This document shows positions 30,214-41,805 of a stretch of DNA of 64,000 bases, in pieces. The DNA lies in the NCBI GenBank assembly GCA_000004985.1, contig GG738872.1; one strand, given 5' to 3'. Below the pieces are notes generated by a model. That model was not told where the DNA came from, searched no databases, and saw only the letters and a program-made list of their open reading frames with translations. Source of the stretch: Naegleria gruberi (lineage: Eukaryota). Made by a program: the position numbers and the translations under genes. Position 1 is the stretch's first letter. Every line of letters starts with the position of its first letter.

Positions 30214-31851
30214 ATGTTAGAACAAGTAACAACAGCAACAACATCGGTCGTTGGCAATAATAATACTATTAATAATAATAGCACTGGCAACAATGATCCA
30301 TCATCAAAGTCTACGAATGATGGGAGTGGTTTTACATTTGTTGGGCGATTTAATTTTAAAGTGAGAGCAGAAAGACAACATCACCACCATCATCACCATC
30401 ATCATCACAATCAACAAGAAGAAATTTGTAATCAGCATCATCAACATACAGAACAATGTGTTGGTCATCATCAACATGATAATTGTTGTGAGCATAAGAA
30501 TGGTGGTGAAGAAGAAATTCATTCCGATCAAAGTTGTTCTTCTGCCAAGCAAGAATGTAAACATGAACATCATCACCACCATCACCATCATCATCACGAT
30601 TATAAAACATTGAGTGTTTTGGTGATGGGCCATGCAACTGGTTCAATTTCATTGTTTGCTCAGGGAGCATCAAGCTTGCATACTGAAGAGAATGTTTCCA
30701 AATTTCCAATTTCTAACATTTTAAAGATGGAATCGAATATTATTTCTGATATTGATCAAGAGTATATTACAACTGCTATTACTAAAAAGAAGAATACCAT
30801 TAATTCGCAAAACTTTATTGTTACAAGTTCTGGTAATGGTGTGAAATTCTGGAAGATTGAAGCAAAGGAAAAACAGGGAATTATTGGATTTAAATTTACA
30901 TTGCTATTGGAAAGCGTACTTTCTAATTCAAAGATTGTTTCCCTACATAATTCACACGATTTAATTATTGCTATTGCTGAGAATGGAACAGTTGGTGTGT
31001 GGAAAATTAACATTGACGGACAAGTAGTTAAACTATCCCTCTATAATTTTGGAAGAATTCACAAAGTGGTGAGTGTTTGCTCTAGTAGAAAGGATAGAGT
31101 GAGGCCAAACGCAATTCTTGCCTATAGTTATTTGGCTGTGGCATTCTCTGATGGTATGATTGGAATTTACGAGCCAGATTATGATATTTTGAGAAATGAT
31201 ATTTCAAAAATTGGTGTAACTGAAGAGTACAATTCATTGAGGTATCAATTAGAGAATGTCATGACTCTCAGAATGATCATTCATGCCTTTGAGAACTTTA
31301 CTTGGAGTGGAGAGAATTTATCATTTGAGAAACCATTCAATGTTAGTAATGATGGTAAAACCTACGAGTTGTGCAATATTACTCTCCCTGAAAATAATGA
31401 ACAATTATACACTCTTATCAAACGAGATGGTGATTATGTGATAAAGGTTTTCAACTCGGCCACCTATGGTAAACATAGTACAGTTACAGAATTTACCACA
31501 GAAGCCATGGCTGAAGGAGTGCATTCTAACATTTTTGATATTAGAATTATAGGAGGTTTATTAGTTGTTTCGAGTGGAGACCTTGTCGAAGTTTATAATG
31601 CACAGAGCAAGAGTAGTAAATGGTGCTCTCTATTAAGCTACGAGGAGGAAGATACTCAGGAGTGTGATTTTGGAGTGCAAAGTATCTCATTTGATGGTAA
31701 GAGAGCTCTTCTCTTAGGTTGTACAGATTCACGTATTCGTGGTATTGTTTTGGATGTTCAACATCAACAACTTTTAGGGATGAATCATATTGATAATGAT
31801 TCACACGATTTGGAAACTTTTGAAGTGGATTTACCAACAACAATGAATTAA
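30214..31851 (+). CDS. His-rich (2 x H10) Cys/His-cluster protein fused to a WD40-like beta-propeller
   Basis: ATG at 30214. The N-terminal 130 aa read ..RQHHHHHHHHHHNQQEEICNQHHQHTEQCVGHHQHDNCCEHKNGGEEEIHSDQSCSSAKQECKHEHHHHHHHHHH. The remainder has WD-like repeats (GNGVKFWKI, GTVGVWKI, DGMIGIYE). Confidence 0.6.
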   Translation: MLEQVTTATTSVVGNNNTINNNSTGNNDPSSKSTNDGSGFTFVGRFNFKVRAERQHHHHHHHHHHNQQEEICNQHHQHTEQCVGHHQHDNCCEHKNGGEEEIHSDQSCSSAKQECKHEHHHHHHHHHHDYKTLSVLVMGHATGSISLFAQGASSLHTEENVSKFPISNILKMESNIISDIDQEYITTAITKKKNTINSQNFIVTSSGNGVKFWKIEAKEKQGIIGFKFTLLLESVLSNSKIVSLHNSHDLIIAIAENGTVGVWKINIDGQVVKLSLYNFGRIHKVVSVCSSRKDRVRPNAILAYSYLAVAFSDGMIGIYEPDYDILRNDISKIGVTEEYNSLRYQLENVMTLRMIIHAFENFTWSGENLSFEKPFNVSNDGKTYELCNITLPENNEQLYTLIKRDGDYVIKVFNSATYGKHSTVTEFTTEAMAEGVHSNIFDIRIIGGLLVVSSGDLVEVYNAQSKSSKWCSLLSYEEEDTQECDFGVQSISFDGKRALLLGCTDSRIRGIVLDVQHQQLLGMNHIDNDSHDLETFEVDLPTTMN

Positions 31852-31876
31852 ATAAATAAATTGTTTTTGTTCTCAT

Positions 31877-33266
31877 TTAATGCATGGCTTGGATTTCTAT
31901 ATCAGAAAGGCATGGTATTCCATTCGAAATCTTCTTTAGAATGGCGTAGGTAAAAAGGAAGTGTGACTTGTCGTCATTTGCAAGGTAAGCAATTGAGTAA
32001 AACTCTCCACATTCCAGCAAGGTTCTACTTGGTATGGAAAGATCTCTACAGCTTGGGATGGCTGTGAGTGTGGAGGTACTCTCAAATTCGTCAGTTCCAA
32101 GCTGTCCATTATTATTCTCTCCTGATACATACATTTTTCCAGATTCTCCAAGACAAATATAAAATTGCCAACCTGCTCCAATTGCTGTATTTTACGATTA
32201 CATAAAAATGTTAATTAAACAGAAAGTTCAAATAATATATAATAAATGTGAAATTATTAATACTTACCACAAACTGGTTCATTAATGTTTAGCTTGGAAA
32301 ATTCATGTGTAATGTATTTTCCTGTTCCCCAAACTTCATTATTTTCTAATTGTACAAGTGTGTGAAATCCTCCACAAACTACATTTCTAATTCTCTGTCC
32401 AGAAAATGGAGTTGTGATTTGAGTAAATATTTCAGATCCACCATTATATGCCGTTGAAAGTTGCAAATCTCCATTTGTTCCACATCCAAATAATTGAGTT
32501 TCTGTGGCAAGAACAGAGAATTGAGCACCAGTAGAAATACAATCGATTTGACGAGCATCAAAAGGTACGAGTGAAAGAGTTCCATATGAATCACTTCTAC
32601 TTCCTATACCTAATTGTCCATTAGAATTCCATCCTATTAAAGTATTATACAATCATTCGGAAGGTCAAAGTTAATCAGCCACATGTTAACATTGTCAACA
32701 ATAAATACATCATTTAGATCACCATTAAAACCATAATTTAGATTGATCTACTACTTACCTGTACCATAAATCTTTGATCCACAAATTACAAAACAATGGA
32801 CTGCATTTGAATTGGTAACAAATCGATCAATTCTCAAAGAAGAGATATTATTTGGAGCATGCATTTTAAGATAGGTCTTATCAGCAGTCGTATTTTCCCA
32901 TCCTGACCAATAAATGTGTCCATGTGCTGTCACAACATAGGTATTAATCTGTGTGCAAAATACATCAACAATCTTATCTCCATATTCAACAAATGATGGA
33001 ATTAAATAGAAGGATGTAAAAGTAGACTCCTTTCCATAGATTTGACCATGTTGATTATGTCCAATACCAAACAATCTTCCATCATTTAGCAATATCATGG
33101 TATGCTCTCTTCCACAAGCAACCTTCTTTACTCTTGACAAGTTCGAAACACTATCGGGTAAAATTGTGATCGGAGAGAAAGTGCTACTCTTATCAACTTT
33201 TTTACATGATTGACGATAATTGTTAGCTCCCGTTGATAATATGTATCCTGAGGCTGAATATCCCAT
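31877..33266 (-). CDS. RCC1-repeat protein; exons 33266..32759, 32633..32268 and 32184..31877
   Basis: ATG at 33266. RCC1 blades: VACGREHTMILLNDGRLFGIGHNQHGQ, WNSNGQLGIGS, VVCGGFHTLV, SGENNNGQLG. Two introns with GTAAGT donors (32634..32758 and 32185..32267) keep the frame (..YGTG-G-WNSNGQLG.. and ..EPVC-A-IGAGWQFY..). Confidence 0.7.
32185..32267 (-). other. spliceosomal intron (83 nt)
   Basis: Minus-strand GTAAGTATT donor and aaaatacAG acceptor. Exon 3 continues the RCC1 frame upstream of the internal ATG. Confidence 0.6.
32634..32758 (-). other. spliceosomal intron (125 nt)
   Basis: Minus-strand GTAAGTAG donor and ctttaatAG acceptor. The phase is consistent with the flanking exons. Confidence 0.6.
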
Positions 33267-33807
33267 TTTCTCTTTCTCTTGTCTTTATTCTCTCTATATA
33301 ATAATAATTATAATAAATTGATTTAAATTGTCTCTTGTTATTTACAATAAAATTGATCGGAATGTGTAGTGAGTATCAAAATATCATAAAATCCACAATG
33401 TTCTTCTATTCCTACTTTGTTATTGCTCTGTGATCACAAAAGTTTTGCTTTTTTCGCTGTTGATCAAAAACAAATAACAATTCCTATTGTCTGTGTCTTG
33501 TTATTTTTTTCTATTTTTAAACTTGGAGATGGAATTTTCCTAAGTTCGTATGATTACTACTTGGTATTGTTGAATTTAAATTATTAAATAACGTTAACTT
33601 TGAAAAATTAGTAATAATGTATGTTTAACATTCCGATAATTTAGTGTTTCATCTTTCTATCAGGAATATAGAAATCTTGCAATGGTGGCTCCAATCTTTT
33701 TCCGTGTTGCCTGATGATAAGTTTTATTTTAGATTGGATCCACTTTTAATTATTTAAAAAAAAATAGCTTAACACCTCAATCAGTCAATCTCAACCGTTT
33801 CTTGAAA

Positions 33808-35778
33808 ATGGAGAGTAAAATACCTCTTCACTACCTTCCCGAGGAAGAGAATGATCAAAGCTTAAGGTATATGAAAACAAGCTCTTCCACTTCTCCACTC
33901 GTCAAGAGGGAACGTGCCACTCCACTCAATGCTGAACACTCTAAAAAGGTCAAATTTATTGTACCCAATCTTTCTAATCCCGATCAATCAAAGGAAACTA
34001 ATGTGAGTATTAAAGTAGATGATGATGATGAGAATGATGTAATTGTCAATGTTGATATGGTTGATGGAAACATGTTGGATAAATATCAACAACGAGTGGT
34101 TGATGCTGATGATTCTTCACTGATGGTTTGTGCTTCACCTGGAAGTGGAAAGACCTTCACCATGACAATGAAAGCAAAGAGAATTATCAATATGGATAAA
34201 AGTGCACGTCTCTTGATTTTGACCTTCTCAAAGGATGCATCTGTTGAGGCAGATAAACGTCTACAAAAGTATGAAGTTCCACACAATTACAATGTCATGA
34301 CTATTCATGCATTTGCATTGAGTGTCTGCAGAATGTTTGGAACCAAAACACAAATTGCAAAGAGGGACTTTCTTTTGGAAAAGTTAAAGGAAAAGAAGAA
34401 GGAAATGAAATGGAAATTTGGAGAATTCAAAGAGGAACATGAATTATTGAAATGGCTGGAAAAGGAATATGGAAAGGGAAATCGTTCTGATTCTGGCTAT
34501 GGATCATTCTATAAGGAAGCATTTGAGTATTATGAGAGTATTATTAAGGATTTCCTTGTACTACCTTCATTGGTTTATGAAGCAGAAAAGATATTGAAGG
34601 AAAATGAAAGAGCTAGAGAATTCTATCATACTCATTTCACTCATATTTTGGTGGATGAGTTCCAGGACACCTCAGATCATCAGTACAATCTAATTAATTT
34701 AGTGAAAGGGCCAAATACTAAGATAATTGTCTTTGGTGATAAGAACCAGGCAATTTATGGTTTTATTGGATCCAATCCAAAGATTTTCGACAAGTTTCAA
34801 CACGATTATCCAAGTGCTAGGGTTTTGGAGCTGTTGATAAATTATAGAAGTAGTAGTGAGATTGTGGATATTGCTAACAAATTCTTCAATACGAAAGCTA
34901 AGGCTTTCAATACAGAGAGCAAGGGTGGAGCAATTCGAAAGGAGAGATGTTCTGGTGAAGGAGATGAGCTAGATTTTATAGTGAAAGAAATTTCCAAACT
35001 CTTGGAAGAAGGAGTACAACATAAGGATATTGCTGTACTATTGAGAAGACAACGACTTCGATTTGAGCTCATGAAGAGAATGAACGAAAAGAGAATCAAA
35101 ATTGCAGGAGAGACACTATTCCATTACTTGGCAGTTGCTCAAATGTTGAAAATTATTTATTGTAAATATGAAGATAAGGCTGATATGAAAGATTGCTTGC
35201 CAATTATTGTAGAACATTTGAAACCATTCTTTGCTGGAATAGGTGACAAGTTTTGCGCACGTTTCATATCAGGAAAACTAGGAAAGAAAACTATTGCGGG
35301 AAAGACATTTGAAGTTTTCATGGATAACATGAAAGAATTGAGGGAATTCTACGAAACCCATAAGGTGGTAAAGGATTTACTTGAAAAGATTTGTCAATTA
35401 TTTGATTTGGATAAGGTGGATATTTCTCTCAATTTCACAGATATTTTAGATCAAGAATTATCTGATGAGAATATTACACAATTCATAGAAATGATGTCAT
35501 TTGAGGAGAATACTAGTTTGGAATCAGACGGTATCCAAGTCACAACCATCCACAAGGCCAAAGGCAGAGAATGGGAATATGTATTTATTCCAGAAATACA
35601 AGAAGGTGTTATTCCACTAAAAATTAAAGCAACAAAGAATAAGGAAAAACCATCAGAAATTGTAGATATGAGCGAGGAGGAAAGAATATTCTATGTTGCC
35701 TTAACAAGAGCCAAGAAGAGCATTTACTTGTCGTGCAATACAGGAGCATTCTCTCACTTTCTCAATAGACTTAAATAA
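33808..35778 (+). CDS. UvrD/Rep/PcrA/Srs2-family superfamily-1 DNA helicase
   Basis: Walker A is ASPGSGKTFT. Motif Ia is ILTFSKDASVEADKRL. Motif II is ILVDEFQDTS. Motif III is VFGDKNQAIYGF. Also NYRSS, VTTIHKAKGREWEYVFIP and YVALTRAKKSIYL (motifs V/VI). The ORF starts at 33802 with a non-ATG codon; the first ATG is at about 33808. Confidence 0.8.
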   Translation: MESKIPLHYLPEEENDQSLRYMKTSSSTSPLVKRERATPLNAEHSKKVKFIVPNLSNPDQSKETNVSIKVDDDDENDVIVNVDMVDGNMLDKYQQRVVDADDSSLMVCASPGSGKTFTMTMKAKRIINMDKSARLLILTFSKDASVEADKRLQKYEVPHNYNVMTIHAFALSVCRMFGTKTQIAKRDFLLEKLKEKKKEMKWKFGEFKEEHELLKWLEKEYGKGNRSDSGYGSFYKEAFEYYESIIKDFLVLPSLVYEAEKILKENERAREFYHTHFTHILVDEFQDTSDHQYNLINLVKGPNTKIIVFGDKNQAIYGFIGSNPKIFDKFQHDYPSARVLELLINYRSSSEIVDIANKFFNTKAKAFNTESKGGAIRKERCSGEGDELDFIVKEISKLLEEGVQHKDIAVLLRRQRLRFELMKRMNEKRIKIAGETLFHYLAVAQMLKIIYCKYEDKADMKDCLPIIVEHLKPFFAGIGDKFCARFISGKLGKKTIAGKTFEVFMDNMKELREFYETHKVVKDLLEKICQLFDLDKVDISLNFTDILDQELSDENITQFIEMMSFEENTSLESDGIQVTTIHKAKGREWEYVFIPEIQEGVIPLKIKATKNKEKPSEIVDMSEEERIFYVALTRAKKSIYLSCNTGAFSHFLNRLK

Positions 35779-35799
35779 GGCTTTGTGTTTGAACTGTGT

Positions 35800-37748
35800 T
35801 TACAAATATCTTTTAAATCTGCTCTTCATCGCACAACATCTTAGAGTGGTTTGGGATGGTAGTCCATAAATTATACTCTTAAATTCTTGAATGTTTCCTT
35901 TGAAAAGCAGTTTCAAATGAGAGAGAATATATTTGGCTCCAGTTTTCGTAAACTTACTGGAACAAACAGTGAGACTATTCAAATACTTCATAGTGGGATT
36001 CAAAACTATCCATCCAAGTGTGAAATCTGTCAATTTGTTATTCCTTCCAATATTTAGACGAGTTAATTGTATGAAATTACATGAGCAAATGTGTGAAATT
36101 CCAATATCTGTTATGCTGTAATTACAAACTCCCAAATATTTGAGGTTGAGAGTCTTATTTTCCAAAGATGCAAGACTCTTATCGCTAATATTGTTACCAT
36201 TCAAATTTAAATGCTCCAGTTTAGCAAAGAAAGGGCATTGTACCAGAAATATCAATCCATTATCAATATTATTTTTAGCTAAATTGAGAGAAGTGAGATT
36301 ATTCAAATTTTCACAATTCTCAAATGCAACCATATCCCTATCATATAATCTGCAACTAGAGAGACACAACTCTCTCAAAGAATACATACTCGGATTTCTT
36401 GTAATACAGCGAATATCAAAATGAGTTAAATTTAAATACAAAGTGTTCAAATTTTCCATATATTCACTCTGGAGCATTTCTATTGCATTTTCACCAGAAC
36501 TGAAATGAATTTTCCTCAAGCTTTTCATTTTCTTGTTTGGAATTAATTTTTGGTTGAATGTGGATTTCAGATTTGTGAGATTAGTCAAGTATGGACTTTC
36601 GAATAGAGGATTTAAATCTTTCACTTGTCCTAAATCTAGATCTGTCAAACAAGAAAGGCCTTCACAGTTGGCTATAGATTCACTAATATCTTCTGAATTG
36701 ACGTTAAGTGAGAGAGTCCTCAATTTTTTCAATTTAAACAATTTACAATCAAATAAAACCTTTGAATCTATTGCAATATCAAAAATAAAACCTATGTTTA
36801 AAAGGGTTAGATTCATTAAACAAGAGCTATGGAAAATATGTTTCATCCCAGGATAACCAATTCCTGATCCACTTATGTTCAAACTCTCTAAATTGGAAAG
36901 ATGTGGACAATTTGCTATCAATGCAGCATCGTTAAAATCTAAAGCACAACTTTTCAAATTTAGAATTTTCAGATTTCTAATTGTGGGATTAAGAATGGAT
37001 TCAAGACGTTCTGGTGAAGCCAAGCATCCTTGGAGGTTAAGTTCAGTTAAATTTTTGCAATTAATAGAATAATAGTAGATTTCTATTGGTGATTCATAAA
37101 TAAATCTATTTCTGAAATTGACTTTTCTTAAATTGGGTAACGCTCCAATCACAGCAAGTATGTAGTAATCAGTTTCATCATAGCAATTGGATTGAAAAGC
37201 TCTAATATCCAATTCTAATAGATGTTTTAAATTTTGAGAACATGATCGAATAGATTCTGAGTTTACATGGGTTCCTCGCAGATTTAAAACTTTCAAATTT
37301 CTAACTATTTCACTCTCCAATAGGACATCAATACTTCTCTCGTCAATGCATAATTATTCCTCAAATTTAAATGTTCCAAATTAGTCAAAGTCTTACATTG
37401 GGAAAGTATTATCAATTGCTCATCTCTTAATGCATTGAATGCCAGACTTAGTTGAGTAATATTTCTAGGAACATTCGAAGCATTGAAGAAACTTTCAAAA
37501 TACCTTGGATGTATCTTTTTAATGGAAAAATCAAGTTTCATCCGAAATAAACAACTGGCATAAAACCAAGTCTTGGAAATTAAACAATAACTTGACAATA
37601 TTTCCAAATGATCATTACAATATTCCATAATTTCTATCATCATATCTTGTACTAATGCATCACCAAAGTAATTGTTCCAAATAAAATTGTCTTTTATCGG
37701 AGTATCGTTAGAAGAAGGTTGAATCTTGTGTTGCCTTGGTGAAATCAT
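35800..37748 (-). CDS. F-box / leucine-rich-repeat (RNI-like) protein; apparent frameshift near 37320-37345
   Basis: The N-terminal F-box-like segment is LVQDMMIEIMEYCNDHLEILSSYCLISKTWFYAS. About 18 RI-type LRRs follow (LNLRNN.., LKVLNLRGT.., LNLNGNNISD..). The two ORFs (37305..37748 and 35800..37320) overlap in different frames. I found no GT..AG intron with the correct phase. Confidence 0.6.
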
Positions 37749-37805
37749 TTTTTTTGAAGCATTTCAGAAAATCTTCTGACTCCGAATGCATATGGATATC
37801 AACAT

Positions 37806-38237
37806 CTAGAGACGTTCATTGTGATATCCATCATGAACCTGTAGTCTTTCCTTTCTTGCCTTATTAAACAGCACTACAGAAACAATTAACAATATCAAAG
37901 CGCCAAATAGTGAAATACCTGTCAAAACAATGTAAATTTGCTGAGCTTCCGAATAGATCCAATACGAAACAAACAAATGATCAACATGATTAGAATAACA
38001 AGTAGTATTAGTACCAACTTGGTATCCATAATATTCAGATAGTTCTGTAAATGGAAAGGTCGTTCTGGTCAACTCTTTAGGACACGATTTAAATTGATTC
38101 GAATCCAAACAAACCAATGCACTACAATGCTTTCTCATCTTTTTCGAATAGCTAGTTTCACATAATGTTTTCGGCTCAATCACTGTACAATTCATAGAAA
38201 TATCATAAATATTCTCATCTTGTGTTCTAATTATCAA
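37806..38237 (-). CDS. small Cys-containing single-pass TM protein (hypothetical; start uncertain)
   Basis: ORF with a hydrophobic helix near the C-terminus (IYIVLTGISLFGALILLIVSVVLF) and a basic tail. It has no ATG at the ORF start and no signal peptide, so an upstream exon is possible. Confidence 0.3.
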   Translation of the reverse strand: MIIRTQDENIYDISMNCTVIEPKTLCETSYSKKMRKHCSALVCLDSNQFKSCPKELTRTTFPFTELSEYYGYQVGTNTTCYSNHVDHLFVSYWIYSEAQQIYIVLTGISLFGALILLIVSVVLFNKARKERLQVHDGYHNERL

Positions 38238-38645
38238 ATTATTTCATTTCCCATTCATTTACAATCATCATCACGTGATGATTTTTTAATTATTATTACA
38301 TTAATTGCGATGATGAACCTTACTTCACTATTAAATTATCTACTCACACTCCATACAAAACTCCAAATAAAACACTCAACCCCAAACTCACTACAAAACA
38401 CAACAAGGCAAAACCAGCAAGAAATATCAACAAGTGTAAGGGTTTCATTTTTTTTAAAAAGATTTCAAAGTTCATCCAAATAATTTTTACTATATTTAAA
38501 TGATGAGAATTGAATTAACTTCTTCAATCTCGATCATTTATGTAAGGTTACAAGAGAGGAAATCTTTACATTCTTTAAACCTCCATTTCCACATTTGCTT
38601 TAAGAATCTTTAAAAAAAATTTACAATAAAAAATAATTAAAAAAA

Positions 38646-39607
38646 ATGGGCGGCAATCAATCGACTAGCGAATCAAAGGAACCAATTGCTGAATTGAGTG
38701 CCGACTATCAAGAGTTGGATCTATCGACATTCAAGTTGAATATTGTCAAGACAAATACAAGCTCCGAGCTTACGATAGGAAATCGTCGAATGATTATACT
38801 TGATGGATTGGATAAAAAGTTTGAATTTACTGAAGAGTCGGGGAATGTACATCGTATACATCATGTAATGTTTGGTAGTGATGATGAGAAGAAGGAGGCC
38901 ATTTTGGTCTTGTTGAATATGATGAATTCGTTAAAGTTTTTCCAAATGCAAAACAAGGCTGGGAAATCGTTTAATACTAGGTAGGTTTTGATGGATGAAT
39001 TGTTGTTGAATTTATCATATTGATCAATTACTTTTATAATTCTTTATATTACAATATTTATCGTGATGAAATATTTGCCGGATTTTTGATTGATGTGTAA
39101 AGTGGTTCTGATGCTGGAACAACAATCACACTTCAAAACGGAAAGAAACGAGTGGAGGTCAAAATGACAGAAAGAACCGCCTTGAAAAACAAAGCTCATG
39201 AACCAAACTTTAAACAAATTGAAGAACAAGCCGAAAGATGGATCAGCAGTCAAATTAGCAAAAAGTCACAATTTCGCTCTGTAACTGTGACATTTTCTGC
39301 TGCCTTGATCAAGTACTTTTTGGATGAATTGGATAGTGGCTTGCAACTCATGTATACATTGCCAAACACTCGTGTAAATTTAAAGACTTGTATTTTAACA
39401 TCATCGACCAATATTGCGGAAACAAAAGTGGAAAATTTAACACTTCCAAACTGTGAAGTAATTTTAAGTGTTGGAAAATATTCAATGGTCTCATTTGGAG
39501 ATGATTCTGGTAAATTGACTGCTCCACAAGCTGTCAACTTGACTGGTGTTTCTAGTTTTTCTTTGGATATTTCTAGTGACAAGAAGAGTCTTGTAGTTAA
39601 CCTTTAA
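38646..39607 (+). CDS. hypothetical N-myristoylation-motif protein (MGGNQS..); exons 38646..38980 and 39103..39607
   Basis: ATG at 38646 is followed by Gly2 and Ser6. Donor GTAGGT is at 38981 and acceptor gtaaAG at 39101-02. The phase-2 join (AG|T gives Ser) continues into the ORF that the track starts at a GTG (39152). Confidence 0.5.
38981..39102 (+). other. spliceosomal intron (122 nt)
   Basis: GTAGGTTTTG..tgtgtaaAG. Removing it joins two ORFs in frame. Confidence 0.5.
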
Positions 39608-39627
39608 TATGTACATTAAATTAGATT

Positions 39628-41405
39628 TTACTGAAAACAGCACGGTATTTTACGTTTACGTGGATTGGAACCACCCATGTGGGAATCTAGACATTTAATC
39701 ACATCCTTGTAAAGAGATTCGCTTGTAAAGTTGGTTGCTTCGTTTCGTTTCTTCTTGGCATAGTCGAGTGCCGTCTCACCAACATGATCTTTACATAATT
39801 TATCAGCTCCTGATTTTAGTAACAATGAAACAATATCTGGATGTCCTCTAAAAGCAGCTTCATGGAGTGGTGTTTGTTTGTACTGTCATTAATTATGGAA
39901 AGATAAAATGGATAATGAAATAAGGCTAAATTGGAATATTTGAAATAACTTACATCATTGAGGGCATCCACAGAGGCTTCTTTTGATAATAGATATTCAA
40001 CCAATTTCAAACTACCATTCCAACAAGCATAGTGAAGAGCTGTCTGACCATAACCCACCAAATCTTTAGTATTTACATTCAAATTCTTATCTTCGATATA
40101 TGACTTGACACTATCGAGATCAGATTCTTGACATGCCACAAAGAATTCATGGGCAATCTCTGCACTGACATCAATTCTCTTCAGTTTTTCAACCCAGCTT
40201 TGAGCCATGAATGATGTATTTGTTTGAGTTGGTGGAACATTTGCGTTTGGAAGGTATGGCTGTTTGTTGAAGGAGGTGTTTTGATTTTGGGAGGAAGACA
40301 AGATGATATCATTAAGGAAGCTATCTTCTTCATCTTCTGCTGGTGGTAATTGCTCTTTTGGAATTGGTTCAGCAATAGTTGAAGTGTTCAATTTGAATGA
40401 GGACAATTTTTCAAAAATTACTGACATGGCAGCTGACGCATTTCCTCTATCATCTGATAACATCTTTTTCTTATCACTTGTAAGTTCAAATTGATCCACA
40501 TAATCAGAATCTCCTCTCAATCGATTAGTGGCTGGTGAAAGTAGCTTTTCAACACCAGTTACTAGATTAGAGAATCGTTCTTGAATCTTCTTTGAGCTCT
40601 TCACATCCACCAATTCTACCTCCTGCAAGGAATCCTCTCTCTCAAAGACATACTCTTCCACTATATCTGTTTTAGATTTTGATGGTTTTGGAGTTTCTGA
40701 TGGAATTGTCTTGGAAATTGTGACACTGAAATTGTTGCTGGATGGTTGAATTTCTTCCTTACTTGTAGGTTTTACATCTTCATAATCCTGAATAACCTCT
40801 TCAGGAACAATAATTTCAGGAATATGAGAGAAAGGATCATCATATTCATCCTCTTCATCTACTATTCGCATCATTTTGTTCCTCTTATTCTTTTTAATTG
40901 AAACCTTTTCATTCACATCAATTCTTTCTCCTTGTTGTTGAAATAAAACCTTCTCATCATCATTCATCGAATCATTCATAGATTCGGATTCAATTACTCC
41001 CATTGCCGATTCATTTTCCTCCTTAGTAATTGGTGAAATTGGTCTTTCATTGTAGAATATTGTTCGATCCACCTCAATTTTCTCATCCACTTCCGATGAT
41101 GAAGTTGCATTCGATTCAAGTAATTCAAGTGAATTGCTATTCTTTCTATCATTCCTATCATTCACATCTTCATCAGCATTTTCCTTATCCCATATCGAAT
41201 CATTATTTGAGGAGGAAATAATAGGAGTCAGTGGTTGATCAAAGTCTGCAAAACGAATCGGACGTTGAGCATTACCACTACTTTCTGGTGTTTGAGGGAG
41301 AAAAACTAATTGAGGCGATGAATAATCATCTTGATAAATAATCTTATTCGGAGGAGGTGATTGAAACGGTAATTTTCTCCCATTATTGTTATGTTGCTTA
41401 TCCAT
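39628..41405 (-). CDS. ankyrin-repeat protein with long acidic/Ser-rich N-terminal region; exons 41405..39954 and 39882..39628
   Basis: ATG at 41405. C-terminal ANK repeats: GQTALHYACWNGSLKLVEYLLSKEASVDALND | YKQTPLHEAAFRGHPDIVSLLLKSGADKLCKDHVGETALDYA. They are joined by a 71-nt GTAAGT..gacAG intron (39883..39953) in phase 0. Confidence 0.7.
39883..39953 (-). other. spliceosomal intron (71 nt)
   Basis: Minus-strand GTAAGTTATTTC donor and taattaatgacAG acceptor. The downstream exon opens with a canonical TPLHEAA ankyrin motif. Confidence 0.65.
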
Positions 41406-41805
41406 CTTCTATTACTATTATTATTCTAGTAATACTACTATTACGACTAATTAAAATTCTTCTTATTAAAATATCAAAAAACCTTCTTCTTGTTGTATTT
41501 CCTTTATTCTTCACAAAGGACAATGTAACGTTCTTTTTTTCAACTTGGGAGCGATTTAATTTTGTTACCTTATTCCAACGGTTGGTTTCTTCCTTATTTG
41601 AAAAATTGGCGCGCCTTTTGTGTAGAATGGCTTGGTGTAGTAGCAATACCAATTTCAAATTGGTATTTTTATAGGAATGAGTACTTTGAGGGATTTCCTT
41701 TGCGAGGTGTTCTTCCTTCTTAACTGGAATCTCATTCTTTGGTAAATAACTTAATGGAATGAAATGGAAATCAGTGATTTTCAAAAGATATAATTTTCCA
41801 ATTTT

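Noticed and set aside
30304-30709. Minus-strand ORFs encoding Met/Val-rich peptides (MMMVMVVMM..)
   Set aside because: They are the reverse complement of the CAT/CAC His-codon tracts of the plus-strand His-rich gene, so they are artefacts.
33808-37748. F-box/LRR gene next to a UvrD helicase gene, as a split FBH1-like F-box helicase
   Set aside because: The two genes are convergent on opposite strands, with stop codons 22 nt apart, so they cannot form one transcript. The adjacency is most likely coincidental.
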